This document shows, piece by piece, positions 52,684 to 64,000 of a stretch of 64,000 nt of DNA. Where the stretch lies: NCBI GenBank assembly GCA_028534125.1, contig CM052818.1:9240001-9304000 (forward strand). Direction: 5' to 3'. This stretch comes from Lama glama (Eukaryota). A program made the translations under genes and the position numbers. The first letter of the stretch is position 1, and each line of letters starts with the position of its first letter. The notes beneath the pieces were generated by a model that did no database searches, was not told the DNA's origin, and worked only from the letters and a program-made list of their open reading frames with translations.

Positions 52684-53161
52684 TTTTTTTTTTTTTAATT
52701 TTAATTCTTATCTTTTATTGAAGTACAGTCTACTTATAATGTTAGTTTCAGGTCTACAGCAAAGCAATTCAGTTATACATATATATACATATGTATATAT
52801 ATTTTCAGATTCTTTTCCATTACAGCTTATTACAAGAAATTGAATATAGTTCCCTGTATTATATAGTAGATCCTTGTTGTTTGTCTATTTTATATACAGT
52901 AATGTGTATCTGTTAATCCCAAACTCCTAATCTACTCCTCCCCCCACTTTTCCCCTCTCGTAACCATAGTTTATTTTCTATGTCCAAGAGTCTATTTCTG
53001 GTTTGTATTTTGTTGTTGTTGTTTTTTAGATTCCATATATAAGCAACATCATGTGATATTTGTCTTTCTCTGACTTACTTCACTTAGGATGGTAATCTCT
53101 AGGTCCATCCATGTTGCTGCAAATGACATTATTTCATTCTTTTTTATGGCTGAGTAATATT

Positions 53162-53214
<53 letters not shown>

Positions 53215-53479
53215 CATCTTCTTTATCCATTTATCTGTTGATGGACATTTAGGTTGTTTCCATGTCTTGGCTAGTGTAAATAGTGCTGCTGTAAACATTG
53301 AAATGCTTTTCAAATACTATAGTTTTCTCTAGATCTATGCCGAGGACTGGGACTGGTTTATCATATGGTAAGTCTATATTTAGTTTTTTAAGGAACCTCC
53401 ATACTGTCCTCCATAGTGGCTGCACCAATTTACATTCCCACCAACAGTGTAGGAGGGTTCCTTTTTTCCCACACCTTTC
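52684..53479 (-). mobile_element. Artiodactyl-type L1 3' fragment with TSD
   Basis: ttttattgaagtacagtc 3' end; TSD core attatggagt at 52667 and 53480. Confidence 0.9.
53164..53213. repeat. (TG)25 inside the L1
   Basis: Read directly. Confidence 0.95.
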
Positions 53480-54264
53480 ATTATGGAGTTTCTATTCTAA
53501 CAAGAGCTATTTAATATACTTGGCCAAAAAGTTTATAAAATCAAAATGATGTAACAAAAGACCCCATTTGTCATACCAAAATAAAAATAACAACACTAAT
53601 ACACAATTTAGAACTCTGGAATTACTTTTTTTTCCATCTTCATCTTGTAAAGAATTTGACACTATTGCTAATATAGGTGCTAAGTAATAAAGTTCTGAAT
53701 GTCTATTTAGAAGGTTATGACTTTAGAAGAAAAATATCTTTTTTCTTCCTGTGACATTCTAAAAAAGAGGGAAGAGTCATTATTTTATAATATAATAAAT
53801 TCTGTAGATATCAATTATGGTGCTTCAAGCTGTGTAAACCTGTATGAATGAACATTCTAAGGACAATGATCAAGATTTTAAATGTCTTATTACAACAGAT
53901 TTTCTCACCAGAGGAAGAGACTGTAAACACCATCTGAAAATGAATCTCAAACACTGGAATTTCCTTTCAGAGAGACTTGATGAGGTTGACAAGCACCCTC
54001 TGTGACAAAATTATTCTTTAACTCTGAGGGGTAGCTATTTGTTACTTATATGGAACTTGAATTCTTTTGTTTTTAAACCAAGGGAAACACTATACTTTGA
54101 TGAAATGACAAGCACTATATCTCACTGATATCTAAGCCAATTTATCATGATTGCAGTTTATCACCAAATAAAAGATGAGTCATGAGAGCAGTGTGTCTTT
54201 TGAATGCCTGACGATGCCTGGTACCATGGATTATACACAGACATTTAGAAGACACCTAGTGACT

Positions 54265-54530
54265 GATAAATAATAATAATGATGATGATGATAAAACTAG
54301 TAGTAGTACTGAGTGCTTACAAAGAGGCAGGCACTTTGACTCAAGCTTTGCAAGTATGATGTAAACACCAATTCTCACAATGAAGTAGATCCTATAGTTA
54401 TCCTCATTTTATAGATGGGGAGGCTGGGTCAGAAGAGAATGGGAACTTGCACAAAATCACAGAGCTAGAAGGTAGTGAAGCTGAGATTTGAAATCAGGCA
54501 TCTCCCCCTAGAGTCTTTAATCATTACTCT
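54265..54530 (-). mobile_element. MIR
   Basis: ttatcctcattttatagatggggaggctggg...gctgagatttgaaatcaggc. Confidence 0.8.
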
Positions 54531-54556
54531 GTTTCTGAAGTGTGGGATGATCAAAG

Positions 54557-54995
54557 CTGAGGTTTTTCAAGTAGCAGGCCATAGTCCATTGCTTTAGCGG
54601 GTCCTTAAACATGAAATAGAATAGAACAGAAAATGCCACCAGAGTGTATCACAGTAAAGCAATGTTTCATAGAACTACTGTCCTGTTTCAGTTCTTTATT
54701 GGTAGGGATGTGGATTAGGTCACAATGTAAAATGTATTTTTTTCACATTTTATTTTGTTTATTTATTTTTTATTGAATTATAGTCAGTTTACAATGTTGT
54801 GTCCATTTCTGGTGTACAGCATAATGTTTCAGTCATGCATATACATACATATATTTGTTTTCATAGTCTTTTTCATTATAGGTTACTACAAGATATTGAA
54901 TATAGCTCCCTGTGCTACACAGAAGACACTTGTTTATAAAATGTATTTTTTACTGTCGGTTGAGGTAAAAAAAAAAAAAATCTTTGCAAGCCCAC
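54557..54995. mobile_element. hAT-Charlie-type MITE split by an L1 insertion
   Basis: gaaatagaatagaacagaaaat...cagagtgtatcac...ggtcacaatgtaaaatgtatttt, resuming ttactgtcggttgaggtaaaa. Confidence 0.55.
54743..54936 (-). mobile_element. Short artiodactyl-type L1 3' end with 15-bp TSD
   Basis: TSD taaaatgtatttttt at 54728-54742 and 54937-54951. Confidence 0.88.
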
Positions 54996-56384
54996 TAACC
55001 TGATGTGTAGTTGATGATTTTTTAAAATTATCAAATCAAAAGCACTGAATTAACTAGTCTCAAGTTCTCTTGACTAATAGTTAAATTGTAAAAAAAAAGT
55101 GGAGATAGGTCATTTAAATTTTATCTATTGTTTAAAAACTTAACCAGTTAAAAGTAAAAAAAAAAACCTAGAATTAGAAGTAAACAATAATTTAAGGCAA
55201 CAAAATTAATAATTTGAGGTCTCAAATGGTGAAGCATTTAAATTTCAATTAAAATTAAAATGTGAACACCATAGTTCAAACTATCCCCATCTTTGGTCCT
55301 TTTTATGTTTTTCAATATTTTCAAGCAAGCAGAATTGGACTAATGCATTGCCAAGTTTAATTGTGCAGGTAAAATAAAATAGACGTGATATTTTCCCTTT
55401 TTGGAAAACTGATTCTGTTAGGTTCATATTAGTGTTAATCAGGTTTTATAATGTACTTTTTCATTTAACACTGTGTGGTAGCTTTTTCATTTAAAAAAAA
55501 TCATCTATGCATCTTTCCCAGTTTATCACCAAGAGTTATGCAAATGGAAAAGATGGATTAGCCTTTGTGACTTTTGCTTCTTATTTGTGTGTATGGTTGA
55601 TTATGACCTTATTTGAAAGTGTTTTTGACAGAATATTGAACTTGGAAATTTAAACTTTCGTTATTACTGCTTTGATTGTGGAAATAATTAAGTAAATGTT
55701 GATGAATGAATCAGAGCATTCATTATGTAGGCTAAATGTGTTATGTTAACTGTTAAGATTATTGCTGATTTCCAATAATGGGTTATTGATTAACTGTAAT
55801 AACATACATCCTCCACTGTCTCTGACACATCTTTTTGTGAGCTGGTTTATATTATAACTTCAGGAATCATAGTTCAATATTTTATGAGTTACAAGAATAT
55901 TTCTGGAGGGAATCTGAAAAGTATTCAGGATTTTTCTGTATGAAAAGCACAGAACATCGTTTCTGACATGTCTGACATATCTAAGTGACAAGAGTTCTCC
56001 AAACAGATGTAGCATCTAATAGCATACAGTATACTTTCACACTGCTAGGACAAGGGATCTCTGTGGAATATGATCCTAAGTGACTTGTTACACAGACTTT
56101 TCTTTTTGTACCAATTGTGTAAATTGAGCTTTTGCTTTAGAATAAGAGTCTTCTTCCTTCTGAGGAACAATAGGGAATTTTATTAATTGATTATATTTGT
56201 CTTTTTTGACAGCAGGACCACTCCACCAAGCTAGCCTTTTCTTTTGTCTTTCAGGCCTAAGGTGACTACCTTAATAAATATTGCTTTGAGTCTTTCATAA
56301 ATCTTTAAGTTGTGTGAGTTACATGTTGGTTTTATTTTGAAAAGTAAGGATTTATCAGCTCCACTTTGTGTATAGCTATAAAGC

Positions 56385-57490
56385 TTCATTCATTCATTCA
56401 TCTATTCATTCAGCATATATTTATCAAACATCTAATCTGTAGGTAGGCACCATAGGGAACTGAATGGAATTCGAAGACATATACTGCAGAGTTCCTGCTC
56501 TTCAGAAGTTTATCAGTTGGTTGAAGTGTGGAAGATGCACAGTCAATGAACCACCAAGTTCTGACAGTTCTACCTCCTTAACATTTCTTGACTCTTTCCA
56601 CTTCCTGCTACCCCCAAGGCTGCTAAATTAGTTCAGGCCATCACCAGCTCTTCCTTGGTTTTCTGCAATAGATACTCTAACGTATCTCCTCATCCCCAGT
56701 CTTGCTTCTTTGAAATCTAGGCTTCACGATGTTCTTTCTAAAATGCTAATCGAATTACTTCTTTCCCTAATGATTCACTATTGTCCTCAGGATAAAGTCC
56801 AAATTATCAAACTGGCTGCATTTGTCCTTGCTTCTCTCTTTTGTCCCATCTCTAGCCATTCACCCTCTTCAATTATGTTTTCCAGCCATTCTGAATTCCT
56901 GCCAGAGTCCCTAACCCATCCTGCTGTCTTCCCTCATGTTGTTCTCCCTGCTAGAATGTCATCTGTAGGTGTGTGCTCATTCATTCATTTCTTCACTCAA
57001 AGCATCTTTCATTAAGGAAGCCTACGTGTCCAGCCCTGTACACCATCCTGAAATTTCCCATTGTGGTCAGCAGAGGGATGCAGTCAGTGTACTGCACTGT
57101 GCAAGTCCCAGGGTGGATTTAGGCACAGGAACTGTGTGGGTAACGGATGAACCCACGTCCAGGGAGTAAGTGAAGGCACCGGGGAGGAGAAAGGGGGTGA
57201 AGAGCATCTGGACTGAGTTAAAGGCCCAGAATGGAGAGACTTATTTCGGGAAAGAGCAATCAGTGTGGCCTGAGTGGACAATGCGCAAGCCTCAGAGCAT
57301 GAGCCAGACTGGAGGAGGCAGGGTCTGGTCACCAAGGGCTTTGCCTGATGTGCTAGAAAGTTAGGGTTTCTTTTCTTGTGAGGTAAAGGGTAGACACTAA
57401 AGGATTTTTTGAAAGTGGAAGGGAGGGATGGGAAACTGGAGAGGAGAAGGAAGAGTGGCTTGGTCACATTTGTTTTTTAAAATCAACACT
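56385..57490. mobile_element. Cluster of L2 fragments in both orientations
   Basis: ttcattcattcattcatctattcattcagcatatattta; caggataaagtccaaa; ctcattcattcatttc. Confidence 0.6.
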
Positions 57491-60400
57491 CACAGCATTG
57501 CTAGAAATAGTGACAATTTGTCACAAATTGTCTAAATAAGCAAACACAGTCCTGAACTGAAAAAAAAATTACCTGAAAAATTTTAGAGCCACCTTATGAA
57601 TCTGGGGCAATTGACTAGGATGCTAACAAAGTTTAAATGGGAATGCACACTAGTTTAAAATTCTCATATTTTAATAGACCCAAGATTATGAGTCTCTGAG
57701 GACAGGGCTTCTGCCTGGCTTGTTCTTTACTATATCCTTACTAGCAACAGTAAATCTAGCATGCAGAGATTATCAACAAATGACCAAGTGACTCTGAAAT
57801 GTCTTCAGAGACTTCTAAGATCATTTAATGAAAATAGCTCCCTAGTATTAAAAAAGAAAAAAAAGCCAACAACACAACAAAATTAATCCCCACTTGTTAA
57901 GGATAACATGTTCAAATGAATGAAACTGTGTGATTACTTAGAAACTATCGTAGACCCAATTATAGGAAAAATCACATCTGAGGAAAACATTTTCATCATT
58001 AGGGAAGTGAGAGGTTTTCTTCGTTGGTGTATTCCCAGTTCCAGCATAGTACATACCACATGTCGGGGACTCAAAATACTAGCTAAATGAATGAATGACT
58101 GAACAAATATAGAGAATGCTTCCTTAAGGCACATATATTCACAAAATCCCCAATGAAAATTTTTTTCTGCACTTCTCTTTTTCAGCTTTAATCTTCAAGA
58201 GAAAAGGAACACACAGAAGTTAGGGGTTGTCTTTGGGCCAGAAAGGAATCTTTTAGCAGTTTTAACACATCACGGAGGGTGAAGAGCTCTGTCTGTCTAT
58301 TAACGGCAGACCTGGGAGGAAGGAGGCTCCTGATCTCCTGAGTCCAGACATTTTCACTGTCCCATTTTGCAACTCCAATTAAAAAATAAAATGTGGCAAC
58401 ACTTAAAAATACTGTTTGATCCTATGTAACTCATCTTTTTGGCACGGATCAAACTTCTCTCTCTCTCTCCATTGCAGCTACTACAAAGCCATATATCTCC
58501 TGCAGGAGGAGAATTTGAAATACAGATGCGGAATTCTTAAATGAAAGTGTTTCCCCTCAAGTGAACCTTGTGTGTTGTTCTCTATACCAGTTATTTCCGC
58601 AGCATATGTTGTTTGGTTTCAGTCTTTGACAACCAATGAAGTTTATGTTGTACACAAGACCTTAGAGATTTCATGTTCACTGGGGCCAAATAAAAGTAAA
58701 TTCTCTCGTGCTCTTCTTCCAGGAACTTCACTAAGACATTCTGCTGAGTGCCTTCTCAGATGTGCATGTGATTCTACTTCTCTCTCCAGATTCCAGGCTA
58801 AAGCCCCACTTACTCTGTCCTCTCTCACTGGGTCCTCTCTCGTCCCATTAGGTCTCCTTAATGGTCCTCTTTTCTTTCCTCAGCCACTCTGACCTGATAA
58901 GACATATGTTTGCACATCTCCCTCTCCCACTAAAGCTTAAATGCCTGAAACTGCTACAACCAGAAGGGAGAGCTAACACCTGCTGTAGTCCTCAGTTCTC
59001 TGTCTTTAAAGACAGGGACTAGAAGAAGATTCTTCTAGTAGCTCCCATAATGGCCTTAGAGCTACCTACAGTTCTTTGGGTCCTCTCTGGAGAGGCTTTG
59101 TTGGAAAAGAAGGGAAGATCTGTCTTTTCTTCACCACTGTCTCTGGAAGGGCACTCACATCTCAGCCAGAGGACCCAGTGTTCCTGCTCCTTAACAGGAA
59201 TCAGAGGAGGTGGGGAGCCAAACAGGCTACAGTCTACACTCTCAATAAGGTGTGTGAGATAGGTTGGCTCCTGGTAGAAAGATGCTCAGGAGCTATGCGG
59301 ACCTCCAACTGCCCCTTGCTTGTCTGTCATAGGCTTACTTACTTTGAGGACTAGGTTTTGTGTTTTTGTATTTTTCCCTAGCATCAAAGCTGATGCTCCT
59401 GTAAGACAAGACTGGAGAGATTCTCCTGACACCACTGAGTGACAAGCTCCATTGACCTGCCTCCAGTCTTTTCTAGTGGCAGCAGTGGATGCATGGACTC
59501 CTCAGAAAACCGAGGCCCTTTTGGATCACCCTGAATTTTGAAAATGCTATAGTAGGTGCAGGGCCTTGGGGGCTCTCCAAAACCCCGACTAAAACTGTGC
59601 CAGGCGTGGATTTCCTGGTCTCCTGACCCACTCTCTTTCCAGTCAGAAACCTTGTCTCCTGGTGATACAAGAAGCAGCTAGAACTGTTTACACCCATGTC
59701 ATTCAGAAGACTCCCTCTTCTTTCTCCATAGCTTCCTTGGGTTGAGGCTGCTGGTTTATTACAAAGATGATGCTTCTGCCTGGAAGAGTGCAAATTGCCA
59801 CCTGGTAATTAAGTCTGTGATCTTCTCTGTCTCCCACCTCATCGCCTCTGAAGGCCAACCTGGCATTGTTTTCTATTTTCTCAGTCTGGCAAGGCTGTGG
59901 ACTTGTTTTGACACAGTTTCCAGGATAGCACGTGGTTCCCACTAAGCCCACACCTCTCAATCTCTACACACCCCCAACCACCCACCAGCCACTGTGGAGC
60001 TAGTTGTGCCAGTGTTGCCACCCTGCTGCAGCCTCAGTTTCATGCACCTTTGCTCATTTCGTTTGCTCACCCTGTGCTCATCTTATCTTCCCAAATTCAC
60101 TGCAAAACCCTTGTTGGGGAATCCTACTGTTACCCAGCAAAGAAAGAAGTGTTGCTCATCACGGTGTAAACACAGTCTGAGAAGAAAATGCTGGGTAGTG
60201 CATTAGTGATGAGCACAGAACCTAAATTTAAAGGTTCTACACAAAACCTATAGATGAATTATCAGGTAAACTACTTTCAATGTGTTCCTTGGTATAATTT
60301 GACTTTTATAGGAAAGGCTTAAGAGATATTTTTAAATACTTTGGTTTTCATGGATCTCAGAATAGGTTACATTTTTAAAATATTAAAACACAGTAAAATA

Positions 60401-61089
60401 CTTTTTACACAGGGATTTCAATAGTTTGGATCTCTACAGGCAAAAAAAAAGTGTGAAATAATTATCTGGATAAATCAGGAAAAAATCATTTTAGTTTGAA
60501 TTTATATTGTACATTTTCTGTGTTCTTGGTATTGACCACGACACAAATGTCACTGTATCTAAAGATTTTTAAAATCTTGCTTTTATTTTATTGAACATTT
60601 CAACATTTAGAAATTTGAATTTACTTTGGCCTTATATCTAACTGTCTACATATATAAAGCATCTGGCAAATAGCAGATACTGATAAATGGTCAATTTAAC
60701 AGAGAATTTTCTTATAACAACTACTGCTGTTTGATTTCCAGTAGATTACTTTATCCAAATAGAAAAAAACACTAAGTGTCCAAGATTCAGAGCATTGTAA
60801 AGAAGCCCCCTTGCAACCTCCAAATGGATTATAGATGGTTTTTGTTTTGTTTTGTTTTGTTTTTTTTGGAAAGTGTTTTGAGTGAGAAGAGAATGGTCAT
60901 TGGACTTTTTCCATTCCGTGAATCCCCTCCCCCCTTTCCTTTTTTTCTCTCCAATTTTCTCAAAAGTGCAAAGAAAGAGAGAGAGGAGAAATGAATGTAT
61001 ATATGTACAAACGAAATATATTTTATATTTCTGTGCAATTCAACAGTTACTATAAAAGGAACTTGTAAAAGATATTATGATCTCATGCT

Positions 61090-61110
61090 TATATATATAT
61101 ATATATATAT
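61090..61110. repeat. (TA)n, about 10 units
   Basis: Read directly. Confidence 0.9.
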
Positions 61111-61794
61111 GTTGCTTTCCACATTTCTTAGATAAATGACATAAGCCTCATTTACAGAGGATTAGAATTACTGAAATTATGACTATAATGGCCCATAGAG
61201 TAATGTAATATTTTTCACTTCACTTTCCATATGAAAAGTGATTTAAACATTATTCATTTGAAAATCTTTAGACTCTAGTTACATTACAAGTAAAGAGTTG
61301 TACTGGCCAATCATGCTAGACCGTTCTTAAGAAAAGAGTCCATGAATTGTGGCAATTTTCAAAATGCCTGAGCAAATGTACCTGTTATTGAAATAAATCT
61401 TTTTGCTTTTACAATATTTCTCAGGATGAACATAACAGAATGATTAAATAAGTAAATAAATAACTTACAGGATTTACACTAACTCTTTTTCTATGGGAAT
61501 TTGACGATTGCTCTAAAAACATTTTAAGAGAACTTGAAAATTTCTAATTTAGTCAAATTATAAATGAGATTTTTTTAAAAAACAAAGACTCCATTACATA
61601 TGCATGTTCCAGTCCTTTCAGGTGATAGTATTTCTCTTTCTTTTCTTTCTTATAAGATTTTAAAATTTACATCCAAATGGAAATGAATTAGAACCAAAAG
61701 AGTATTCTTTCTAGGAAACTCCTTCATACTTCATTCACTTATTTTTTATCAGGGTATCCTTGTATACTTATCACTTTATTTTCAAATATGTTAA

Positions 61795-61950
61795 CTTTCT
61801 GTGTTCACTTTCCCATCTTAAAATGGTAATAGTAATAATTCTTACTTCATTGGGTTATTGTGAAAATTAAATGAGTAAATATTCTGAAGTACTTAGTAAA
61901 GTTCCTGTCACATAGTAAGTGCTCAATAGATGTTAGCCCTTATTATATTT
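61795..61950 (+). mobile_element. MIR 3' half
   Basis: ttcccatcttaaaatggtaatagtaata...gttattgtgaaaattaaatgag...catagtaagtgctcaatagatgttagc. Confidence 0.8.
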
Positions 61951-61957
61951 GCTGGGG

Positions 61958-62798
61958 CTGTTGTTGTTGTTGTTGATGTATAGTTGATTTATAATGTTTT
62001 GTTTATTTCAAGTGTACAGCAAAGTGATTCAGTTATTTATATACACATTTTTTCAGATTCTTTTCCATTATAGGTTATCATAAGATGTTGAATATAGTTC
62101 CCTGTGCTATACAGTAAATCCTTGTTGTTCATCTAATTTATATATAGTAGTGCGTACCTGTTAATCACATACTCCTAATTTGTTTCTCCCCTGCCTCTCA
62201 TTTAGTAACCATAAGTTTGTTTTCCATGTGACTCTGCTTCTATTTCATAAGTAAGTTCATTTGTACTATTTTTTGGATTCTACATATAAGTGATATCATA
62301 TAATATTTGTCTTTGTGTGCCTAACTTCACTTAAAATGGTATTCTCTAGGTCCATCCATATTGCTGCAGATGACATTATTTCATTCTATTTTATGGCTGA
62401 GTAATATTCCATTATCTATATAAAGATATATATCACACACACACATGTATATATCACATCTTCTTTATCTAGTCATCTGTTGATTGACACAGGTTATTTC
62501 CATGTCTTGGCTATTGTAAATAGGGCTGTTATGAACATTAGGGTGCATGTATCTTTTTGAATTAGAGTTTTCATCTTTTCCAGATATACATCCAGGAGTG
62601 GGATTGCTGGATCATATGATAGATCTATTTTTAGTTTTTAAAGGAACCTCCACCTCCATGCTGTTTTCCATAGTGGCTGCATCAATTTACATTCCCACCA
62701 ACATTGTAGGAGAGTTCCCCTTTCTCAACACCCTCTCCGGCATTTATTATTTGAGACTTTTTGATGATGGCCGTTCTCACTAGTGTGAGGTTATACTT
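61958..62798 (-). mobile_element. Artiodactyl-type L1 3' fragment
   Basis: gttgatgtatagttgatttataatg...gtacagcaaagtgattcagtta; collinear with the copies at 36.7 kb and 52.7 kb. Confidence 0.9.
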
Positions 62799-63199
62799 GC
62801 TCTTCTTCTTATTATTTTCCCCTTCTGATCTATCTGGGTTTGTAGTTTATCTGCTGTGTGATTCTGACATTCTCAAGTATGTAGAAATCAGCTTGAAATG
62901 GTTTAAACATAGTACCACGTGAAGGTAGGGTGAGGTTCTGAGATTTTTCTATTAACACATTTATAATGCTAATTTGATCTCTTCATAGAGGACTTTCTTC
63001 TGCTCTAGAAATATATTTTAAAACTTCTCCCATGAGGAAAGAATTGCAAAATAGAGTAGCCAAAAATAACATAATTTTTAATGAGCCCAGTACAAACTTG
63101 CAAATATCATTCCCCAGACATAATTTTTTGGGGCTTCTCAGTCCCTCAAAATTCTTAAGGAATCCCATCCCACTCCAAAAGATAGCACAATGGCATGTG

Positions 63200-63487
63200 C
63201 CTTGTTACTCAAATCAGGGACTATCAGCGTCAGCATTTCCAGGGAGTTTGTTAAAAATGCAGAATTTCGGGGAGGGCGTGCTCAGTGGTAGAGCACATGC
63301 CTAGCATGCACAAAGTCCTGGGTTCTATCCCCAGTACCTTCATTAACCAAAAAATTAAAAAAAGAGAGAGAGAGAAGATAGAAATGCAGAATTTCAGGCT
63401 CTGGCCCAGATCTACTGAATCATAATCTGTATTTCAAAAGGCTTCCCAGGTGATTCATACATACTGTGAAATTTGAGAAACTCTGAT
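63200..63487. mobile_element. MER5A-like MITE split by a SINE
   Basis: gggagtttgttaaaaatgcagaatttc...ggcccagatctactgaatcataatctg...cccaggtgattcat...tttgagaaactctg. Confidence 0.85.
63269..63381 (+). mobile_element. Vic-1-like SINE with perfect 14-bp TSD
   Basis: TSD aaatgcagaatttc at 63255-63268 and 63382-63395. Confidence 0.93.
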
Positions 63488-63549
63488 CTAGTTGATGTTC
63501 AGCTTTTTTTTTTTCCTGCTACTGAGCCAGAAATATTTTATAACTAGAT

Positions 63550-63870
63550 CAGGGTTTCTCGACCTCTGCACTATAATTTGGGCTGAATAATTCTTTGCAG
63601 TGGGGACCCGGACTGTGCATTGTAGGATGTTTAGCAGCATCCCTGGCCTCCACCCACTAGATGCCAGTAGCACCCCCTCCCTGATCAGCTGTGGCAACCA
63701 ACAATGTCTTCATATTAGTCATTATTATACTTACATTTTCTGATCTACTGTAGTGCGCTTGTAACATGATCTGTTTGGCTCTGACGTTGGCTAACAATGT
63801 TTTTTTGTGAGACAATGTTTGATTGCTAGATGTCTCCTCTGGGATAAAATCACCTGATTGAGAACCACTG
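63550..63870 (-). mobile_element. MER20 hAT-Charlie MITE with an internal insertion
   Basis: cagggtttctc...gtgcattgtaggatgtttagcagcatccctggcctccacccactagatgccagtagcaccccc...gattgagaaccactg. Confidence 0.92.
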
Positions 63871-64000
63871 AAATAGATCCACTAATTTTGCTGCATTCTT
63901 CTTTCCTTCTAAAGTCAGAGAACATGATAGATCATTTTTTACTGTTGTTAGAATCTATGTTCAGTTTATTATAGGAGAATAAGGTTTTGAAACATAATTT

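Noticed and set aside
58414..58454. 9-bp inverted repeat gtttgatcc / ggatcaaac
   Set aside because: Short stem with an unpaired interior; expected by chance in 64 kb
60165..60172. TGTAAACA matching the 5' end of miR-30 family members
   Set aside because: Only an 8-mer matches; the rest differs from miR-30 and its position does not fit a mature arm. It is also a common forkhead motif
36705..62798. Minus-strand bias of young L1s as evidence for a plus-strand host gene
   Set aside because: Few copies, and the older L1 fragments are mostly plus strand, so there is no consistent bias
1..64000. CRISPR arrays, operons, rRNA or other prokaryotic-type systems
   Set aside because: Mammalian repeat-rich DNA; no regularly spaced repeat-spacer array or dense coding seen

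Overview
Mammalian genomic DNA, AT-rich with no CpG island and two assembly gaps (33894-33993, 49198-49697). It is most likely a camelid (camel, alpaca or llama): about 12 copies of a short tRNA-Ala-derived SINE resembling camelid Vic-1 occur alongside artiodactyl-type L1 3' ends, and I saw no Alu, B1 or Bov-A/BovB. The window is intergenic or deep intronic and dominated by repeats (old L1M, L2, MIR, MaLR/ERVL/ERV1 LTRs, hAT and Tigger MITEs). I recognise no intact protein-coding gene; the ORF track is chance ORFs, repeat sequence or N-gap artefacts. The one recognisable host-gene-derived feature is a decayed, 5'-truncated processed pseudogene of PSMD12 (about 43050-43715, minus strand). Other points worth checking: a nested ERVL/LTR stack with readable pol relics (2.8-5.3 kb), a SINE+L1 chimera within one TSD pair (20.7 kb), a young solo LTR (45.3-45.8 kb), an unexplained ~105 bp insert in a MER20, a structured hairpin/pseudoknot-like segment at 60.1 kb, a CTCF motif and a few orphan exon candidates. 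I found no convincing novel multi-gene system. Repeat family names come from recalled consensus sequences, not a database search, and most boundaries are approximate.
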